Shown: piece by piece, positions 58,989-64,000 of the stretch
Layout: every line of letters begins with the position of its first letter
Numbering within the stretch: position 1 is the first letter of the stretch
From: an uncultured Planctomycetia bacterium
GTDB lineage: Bacteria > Omnitrophota > Gorgyraeia > Duberdicusellales > 4484-171
Length of the DNA: 64,000 nt
Direction: 5' to 3'
Assembly: GCA_964629655.1 (NCBI GenBank)
Contig: CAZVQU010000002.1
Location: 460,878 to 524,877 of the forward strand
Translations under genes and position numbers: made by a program
Notes under the pieces: model-generated
The model's input: the letters and a program-made list of their open reading frames with translations, nothing else
Databases searched by the model: none
What the model was told of the DNA's origin: nothing

Positions 58989-60167
58989 CTATTTAATTTT
59001 AACTTTTGCTAATACTTCTTTCAAAATCTTTAAACCTTTATCTAGCTCAAGCCTAGTAACATTTAAAGCCGGCATAATCCGTAATACTTTCTTATGGGTA
59101 GAGTTTATCAATAGCTTCTTTTTCAAGCACTCTAGGAATATCGGGCCAGAATCAATATCAAGCTCTAAACCGACCATAAGCCCTATACCGCGAAGGTCTT
59201 TAATAAAAGGAAACATTTTCTTAAAAGCATAGAGACGCTTTACGAGATAGCTTCCCATACCTTTGGCGTTGTTAATAAGTTTTTCCTCTTCAATAATCTT
59301 AAATACCTCCCGAGATACCTTACTTACCAATGGAGAACCGCCAAAGGTTGAAGCGTGCATACCCGGTTTTATTACGCCAGCTATTTTCTTCTTAACTACT
59401 AAAGCTGATATTGGCACTCCCGCGCCTAAACCCTTGGATAGGATTAACAGATCGGGAACTAAGTAGTAATTTTGATAGCAAAATAACTTAGCAGTCCGGC
59501 CCATGCCGGTCTGAACCTCATCGACAATAATAAGAATCTTTTTCTTCTTACAAAACTCCTGTAATTTGTGAACGTACTCCTTACCGGCAACATTTATTCC
59601 GCCCTCTCCCTGAATTAATTCCAAAATAACCGCTACGGTCTTAGGAGTAACTTTCTTTTTAAAGCTCTCAAAATCATTAAACTTAGCAACCTTGAAACCA
59701 GGCAAAACCGGTTTAAACGGCTCCTTATACACTTCTTGAGCAGTAGCAGAGAGCGCTCCAAAAGTCCGGCCATGAAAAGAATTCTTCATCGAAATTATCT
59801 CATAACGCTTGCCCCTACCAAAGATCCGGCTGAATTTAATTGCACCCTCTACAGCTTCAGCTCCGGAATTAGCAAAAAAGACCTTAGCCGGAAAACTCTT
59901 CTTGCTAATTTCTTGAGCTAACAGAGCCTGCTCCTTAAAATAAAGGTTATTGGGAAGATGAATCAGCTTCTTAACTTGTTCTCTCACAGCTCCAGCTACC
60001 CTTGGATGAGCATGGCCTAAGATAGAGACTCCCCAACCTGGAAAGAGATCTAAATACCTGGCTCCCTTATCATCCCAAAGCCAACTCCCCTTACCCCTAA
60101 CAAATACCGGTCCACACCGGGTGTAAGTATTTAAGCTATAATCCGTAAATAATTTTTTAATATCCAT
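58989..60167 (-). CDS. argD: Acetylornithine aminotransferase
   Basis: 392 aa class III aminotransferase. Confidence 0.8.
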   Translation of the reverse strand: MDIKKLFTDYSLNTYTRCGPVFVRGKGSWLWDDKGARYLDLFPGWGVSILGHAHPRVAGAVREQVKKLIHLPNNLYFKEQALLAQEISKKSFPAKVFFANSGAEAVEGAIKFSRIFGRGKRYEIISMKNSFHGRTFGALSATAQEVYKEPFKPVLPGFKVAKFNDFESFKKKVTPKTVAVILELIQGEGGINVAGKEYVHKLQEFCKKKKILIIVDEVQTGMGRTAKLFCYQNYYLVPDLLILSKGLGAGVPISALVVKKKIAGVIKPGMHASTFGGSPLVSKVSREVFKIIEEEKLINNAKGMGSYLVKRLYAFKKMFPFIKDLRGIGLMVGLELDIDSGPIFLECLKKKLLINSTHKKVLRIMPALNVTRLELDKGLKILKEVLAKVKIK

Positions 60168-60181
60168 CCTTTAACCTTTAA

Positions 60182-61033
60182 CTACTTTATAATCTCTGTG
60201 CTAATACCCTTATCAGTAAATATCTCCAGAAGAAGAGCATGAGGTATCTTAGCATCTACGATGTGAGCTTTATTTACTCCGGCACCGATTGCTGCGGCTG
60301 CTGCCCTTACTTTCGGAATCATTCCTTGGTCAATAGCTTCAGCTGAAACCAATTCCTCTATCTCAGCAGCGGTCATTGTCGAAATTAAAGAGTCCTCATC
60401 TTTAGGGTCCCTCATCACCCCTAAAACATTAGTAAGAAGGACTAATTTCTCAGCTTTAAGTTTAGAGGCTAAGAAAAAGGCAACCTCATCAGCATTAATA
60501 TTGTAGACATGCCCTTGGCTTGAAAAACCCATAGGGCAGATTACCGGAATGCTATCCTCAAGAGCCGCCTCTAGTTTTTTTCGGTCAAAATCAATTACAT
60601 CTCCGACAAAACCTAAATCAACACTACTCTTTTTCTTAGCTACCTCTAGGAGTTTGCTCTTTCCTTTAAACTTACGGGCTTTAACACCATGGCTGTCTAC
60701 CTCATGAGCAATTAGATCATTCAACTTATCAAGTTCACTCTCGACTACCTTTAAGGTATCCTTATTAGTGACCCGCATACCCTCTACAAACTCAGTTGTA
60801 ATTTTGCGTTCTTTCAGCTCTTCGGTAATATTAGGCCCTCCGCCGTGAACAATAACCGGCCTTATACCAGCAAACCTTAAGAAAGCAATATCTTCAAGAA
60901 CGCATTTGCGAACCCTCTCCTCACCTAGGATAGAACCGCCATACTTGATAACAAATATCTTCTTATGAAAGTTCTTTATGTAAGGTAAGGCCTCAATTAA
61001 AACATCAGCTTTTTTTATGGCTTCTTGTACCAT
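60182..61033 (-). CDS. argB: Acetylglutamate kinase
   Basis: 283 aa AAK family. Confidence 0.9.
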   Translation of the reverse strand: MVQEAIKKADVLIEALPYIKNFHKKIFVIKYGGSILGEERVRKCVLEDIAFLRFAGIRPVIVHGGGPNITEELKERKITTEFVEGMRVTNKDTLKVVESELDKLNDLIAHEVDSHGVKARKFKGKSKLLEVAKKKSSVDLGFVGDVIDFDRKKLEAALEDSIPVICPMGFSSQGHVYNINADEVAFFLASKLKAEKLVLLTNVLGVMRDPKDEDSLISTMTAAEIEELVSAEAIDQGMIPKVRAAAAAIGAGVNKAHIVDAKIPHALLLEIFTDKGISTEIIK

Positions 61034-61041
61034 TTTTTCTC

Positions 61042-62124
61042 CTAGCTATATTCAGCATTAATTTTAACGTATTCCGGGGTTAAGTCACAGGTATATACTC
61101 TACCGGATGCTTTGCCCCTCTTTAAATTTACGCTTATCTTTACTTCCTTTTTTTTCAAAGATGTAGCTTTGATAGATATATTCTCTCCGACTTTAATACC
61201 AACCTGGCCTAAACTCGAGATAATCCTACCCCAATTAGCATTAGCTCCGTAGAGAGCAGACTTAAACAGCGGAGAATTTGCTAAAGACATGCCGGCCTTC
61301 TTAGCCTCAATGTTACTCTTAGCGCCCCTTATCTCTATTTCGACAAATTTGCTTGCGCCTTCGCCATCCTTAACAATCATCTTAGCCAGTGCCAGACAAA
61401 CCTCTCCTAGCTTCTGGCTAAATGCTTTTATCTGAGTCTTGCTCTTTAAACGAACTTTTGCGCTCGTTGCAACCAATACTGTATCATTAGTGCTCATACA
61501 ACCATCTACACTTATAGAGTTAAAACTTGAATCTACTACCTCCTTAACTATTTTCTTAAATAAACTCTGGCCGATATCGACATCAGTAATTATAAAACCT
61601 AACATTGTAGCCATGTTAGGGCAAATCATCCCTGCCCCTTTAGCAAAACCTAATATGCTAGCGCCGGCAGCTTTTGCCCCGGCTATTTTCATAAAGGTAT
61701 CAGTGGTAAGGATGCTCTGAGAAAAATTACTAGCGTTTTTGCCCAGCTTTCCTATCAACTTCCCAAAACTTTTTATTATTCTGTCCTTGGGTAATTTTTT
61801 GCCAATAATACCTGTAGACGCAAAAAGTATATTCGAAGTCTTTACTCCCAGCTTTTTTGCTAACCTCAAAGCAACATCCTCAGTATCCTTTAGCCCAGCC
61901 TTATGGGAATAGCAATTAGCATTACCGCTATTTACCAAGATTGCTTTTATCGGATTGTTGATATTCTTCTTGCAAAAAGTAACCGAATATGCCGGATTAG
62001 CACTAGCAGTAAATACACCGATAACCTTACAAGGCTCTTCGGCATAGATTAAGCCTAAATCTAACCTTTTCCGCTTTATCCCGCAATGGGTTCCTGAAAG
62101 CAGAAATCCCTTTGGTATCCTCAT
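61042..62124 (-). CDS. argJ: Glutamate N-acetyltransferase/ornithine acetyltransferase
   Basis: 360 aa with the ATML autoprocessing site. Confidence 0.85.
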   Translation of the reverse strand: MRIPKGFLLSGTHCGIKRKRLDLGLIYAEEPCKVIGVFTASANPAYSVTFCKKNINNPIKAILVNSGNANCYSHKAGLKDTEDVALRLAKKLGVKTSNILFASTGIIGKKLPKDRIIKSFGKLIGKLGKNASNFSQSILTTDTFMKIAGAKAAGASILGFAKGAGMICPNMATMLGFIITDVDIGQSLFKKIVKEVVDSSFNSISVDGCMSTNDTVLVATSAKVRLKSKTQIKAFSQKLGEVCLALAKMIVKDGEGASKFVEIEIRGAKSNIEAKKAGMSLANSPLFKSALYGANANWGRIISSLGQVGIKVGENISIKATSLKKKEVKISVNLKRGKASGRVYTCDLTPEYVKINAEYS

Positions 62125-63143
62125 AATAACCCCATAGTTTCATCCCAGCCTAACATTATATTCATATTCTGTACTGCCGAACCAGCTGCACCCTTGATAA
62201 GATTATCAATACAAGAAACTACAACTGCTTGCCTACCTGAAGCATTCAAAGCAAATCCAATATCACAGAAGTTTGTACCCACTACATCTCCTAGCTTAGG
62301 TAAGTCTTCCTTTATCCGCACAAACGAAGAATCTTGATAGTATTTTTTATAAATATTCTTAATCTCTTCCTTGCTAAGGCTTTTCTTAAAATTAATGTAG
62401 ATCGTAGAGTATATTCCGGCTTTCATTCCGGCAACATGGGGAATAAAAGAAAAATCAATACTCTCACCACTAGCCTCTTTTAAAACACTAAGTATCTCTG
62501 GTGTATGCTGATGGATGAAAGGTTTGTAAGCCCAAAAATTATTGGGAACATCCATATCTTTACACTCCAAAGCAGTCTTACGGCCAGCTCCGCTGATTGC
62601 TGAGGCAGAATCTGCGATAATCCTGCCCTCTAGGGCTGCTTCCTTAAGCAAAGGCAATAGCCCTAAGATAATCGAAGTAGGGTAACAACCAGGATTAGCC
62701 ACTAGATTGCTCTTAGCGATTTCTTTATGATTAACTTCAGCTAATCCATAGACTGCCTCCTTCAAGTTCGCCTGGTCTTTATGAGAAGTATTGTAATACT
62801 TCTGATATAGAGCGGTATCCTTAAGCCGATAGTCTGCTGAGAGATCTACTACCCTCTTGCCGGCCTCAATCAGGCTAGGAACAAAATCCATAGAAACCGT
62901 ATGGGGCAAAGAAAGAAAGAAAAAATCACTCCTGCTAAGGGCCTTGGTAACATCAAGAGGCTCACAGACAGCTTCAGTCTTGCCGGTGAAATTAGGAAAC
63001 AAGGTTTTATAGGCAACCGCTTCAGGCGTTCGTGAAGCCAAATAAGTAACCTCAACCTCAGGATGGCCAAGGAGAATTTCTACTAACTTCTCTCCGGTAA
63101 AGCCGGTAGCCCCTAATACCGCTACCTTTACTTTTTTGGACAT
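62121..63143 (-). CDS. argC: N-acetyl-gamma-glutamyl-phosphate reductase
   Basis: 340 aa (VLGATGFTG; catalytic Cys in GCYPT). Confidence 0.9.
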   Translation of the reverse strand: MSKKVKVAVLGATGFTGEKLVEILLGHPEVEVTYLASRTPEAVAYKTLFPNFTGKTEAVCEPLDVTKALSRSDFFFLSLPHTVSMDFVPSLIEAGKRVVDLSADYRLKDTALYQKYYNTSHKDQANLKEAVYGLAEVNHKEIAKSNLVANPGCYPTSIILGLLPLLKEAALEGRIIADSASAISGAGRKTALECKDMDVPNNFWAYKPFIHQHTPEILSVLKEASGESIDFSFIPHVAGMKAGIYSTIYINFKKSLSKEEIKNIYKKYYQDSSFVRIKEDLPKLGDVVGTNFCDIGFALNASGRQAVVVSCIDNLIKGAAGSAVQNMNIMLGWDETMGLL

Positions 63144-63193
63144 AACTTCTCCTATATAATATATACCTAAAATAGCCGCTAAAATGTAAGAGT

Positions 63194-63222
63194 ATATTAA
63201 ACTAAAATAGGCTTTCAGTCAA
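63194..63222 (-). promoter_or_regulatory. Putative promoter of the arg/dap-lys supercluster (TTGACT-17-TAATAT)
   Basis: -35 is the reverse complement of 63217-63222. -10 is the reverse complement of 63194-63199. It lies about 50 nt upstream of argC. Confidence 0.4.
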
Positions 63223-63265
63223 TACAATTTAGATTTAGACCTTTATTTATCTGGATTATAGTACT

Positions 63266-63628
63266 TTAGGGGGCTAATTCTAAGATATCGCCGATTTCCA
63301 AAGTCCGATCAGAGCTCTTGCGAGCCGGAAGCTCTACAGCTATGGAAGATAAGGAAGAGAAGACTACTCTTCTTGGTCTTACCTCCGGGTATATATTTAC
63401 TACCTGCATTTTCTGATTTAAAAATACCACCTCTATGGGAAAACGCATAAAAAAAGTATGAATCGAAGAGGTGTGATAAAAAATAAGGGCCTCTTCTTGA
63501 TCAATGCTCTCTCTAAACATAAGTCCTTTAAGGCGCAGAAGAAAATTATCAGCTACCCTGGCTTTGGAAGCAATTAAACAATTCTTGCTCTTGTTAAAGA
63601 GATTATAAATTACTATTTTCTTAGGCAT
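63266..63628 (-). CDS. DUF192-family protein
   Basis: 120 aa with the DUF192 pattern (…GLMFR…HTFFMRFPIEVVFL…). Confidence 0.55.
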   Translation of the reverse strand: MPKKIVIYNLFNKSKNCLIASKARVADNFLLRLKGLMFRESIDQEEALIFYHTSSIHTFFMRFPIEVVFLNQKMQVVNIYPEVRPRRVVFSSLSSIAVELPARKSSDRTLEIGDILELAP

Positions 63629-63990
63629 TGATCTACCTCTTGGGGAATAGCTTGCGGCCTAAAATTACTAGTGATACAGACTAATTGAGTCTTGGCCTTA
63701 ACCAAGATTTGATCTCCTCTATTTATAGTCTGGGTAAACTCTAAAGTTGCATTCTTTACTTTAGTTATCGAGGCTGTGATAGTTAAAGTGTCAGCGTAGC
63801 GAGCCGGAGCTTTATAGTCAATCTCGACCCTTCTAACTGCAAAGAGAATTCCTGCCTCTGCTAACTTACCAATATCTACGCCTTTTTCCCTAAGTAGCTC
63901 TGTTCTAGCTTCTTCAAGATATCTAAGATAGTTAGCATAGTAAACTACACCGCCAGCATCAGTATCATGATAATATATTTTCTTCTCCAC
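63613..63990 (-). CDS. Acyl-CoA thioesterase, YbgC/4HBT hotdog family
   Basis: 125 aa (YHDTDAGGVVYYANYLRYLEEART). Confidence 0.75.
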   Translation of the reverse strand: MEKKIYYHDTDAGGVVYYANYLRYLEEARTELLREKGVDIGKLAEAGILFAVRRVEIDYKAPARYADTLTITASITKVKNATLEFTQTINRGDQILVKAKTQLVCITSNFRPQAIPQEVDQCLRK

Positions 63991-64000
63991 TTCTCTTCTC

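Noticed and set aside
1-64000. CRISPR arrays, rRNA genes, transposases, integrases, phage or toxin-antitoxin genes
   Set aside because: No regularly spaced direct repeats, rRNA-like segments or recognisable mobile-element proteins were seen. The window is core chromosome apart from the 44.3-48.3 kb envelope island.

Overview
This AT-rich 64-kb window is a single co-directional block: every gene I can support is on the minus strand. It is almost entirely bacterial housekeeping in conserved neighbourhoods. In order of transcription, from high to low coordinate:
- YbgC-type thioesterase and a DUF192 protein.
- A complete argCJBDFGH cluster, contiguous with lysA-dapF-dapA-dapB and a DapL-type LL-DAP aminotransferase.
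- A PEBP-family protein, eno and ftsB-like.
- An initiator-type tRNA-Met(CAT).
- A ~4-kb envelope/accessory island (44.3-48.3 kb).
- uppS-cdsA-dxr-rseP-ispG-proS, then rimP-nusA-infB, trpS, scpA, ruvB, tgt-trmD-rplS-rnhB.
- A cyclodeaminase-like gene and folD, an oxidoreductase, a CBS-less IMPDH homolog and guaA.
- dnaE, an HU gene, hisS and aspS.
- A LysM lipoprotein, a 7TM-HD protein, ybeY, recO, queF, apbE and panB.
- purB-purL(purS-fused)-purQ-purM-purD-purE.
- A tsaC–LMW-PTP fusion, rpiB, glyA, a dCMP deaminase, nrdR and the start of a DUF151 nuclease-domain gene.

The only non-core DNA is the 44.3-48.3 kb island. It encodes:
- Lipoproteins and membrane-anchored coiled-coil proteins, including a Pal-like OmpA lipoprotein.
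- A stand-alone CheY-like receiver co-transcribed with a zinc-ribbon 3-TM protein and a 40-aa lipobox peptide.
- A strongly signalled 27-aa Cys/Lys-rich micro-ORF.
- A lipoprotein ORF with no canonical start codon.
- Several near-consensus sigma70-type promoters (TTGACT-N16/17-TAWTAT) and hairpin terminators.
- A divergent promoter pair driving a possible plus-strand small RNA or 23-aa peptide, convergent on the tRNA.

Genome streamlining is visible in several places: AspRS without the GAD domain, ProRS without the editing domain, a TsaC–arginine/tyrosine-phosphatase fusion, and a PurS–PurL fusion without a glutaminase domain. I found no CRISPR array, rRNA, transposase or phage genes.
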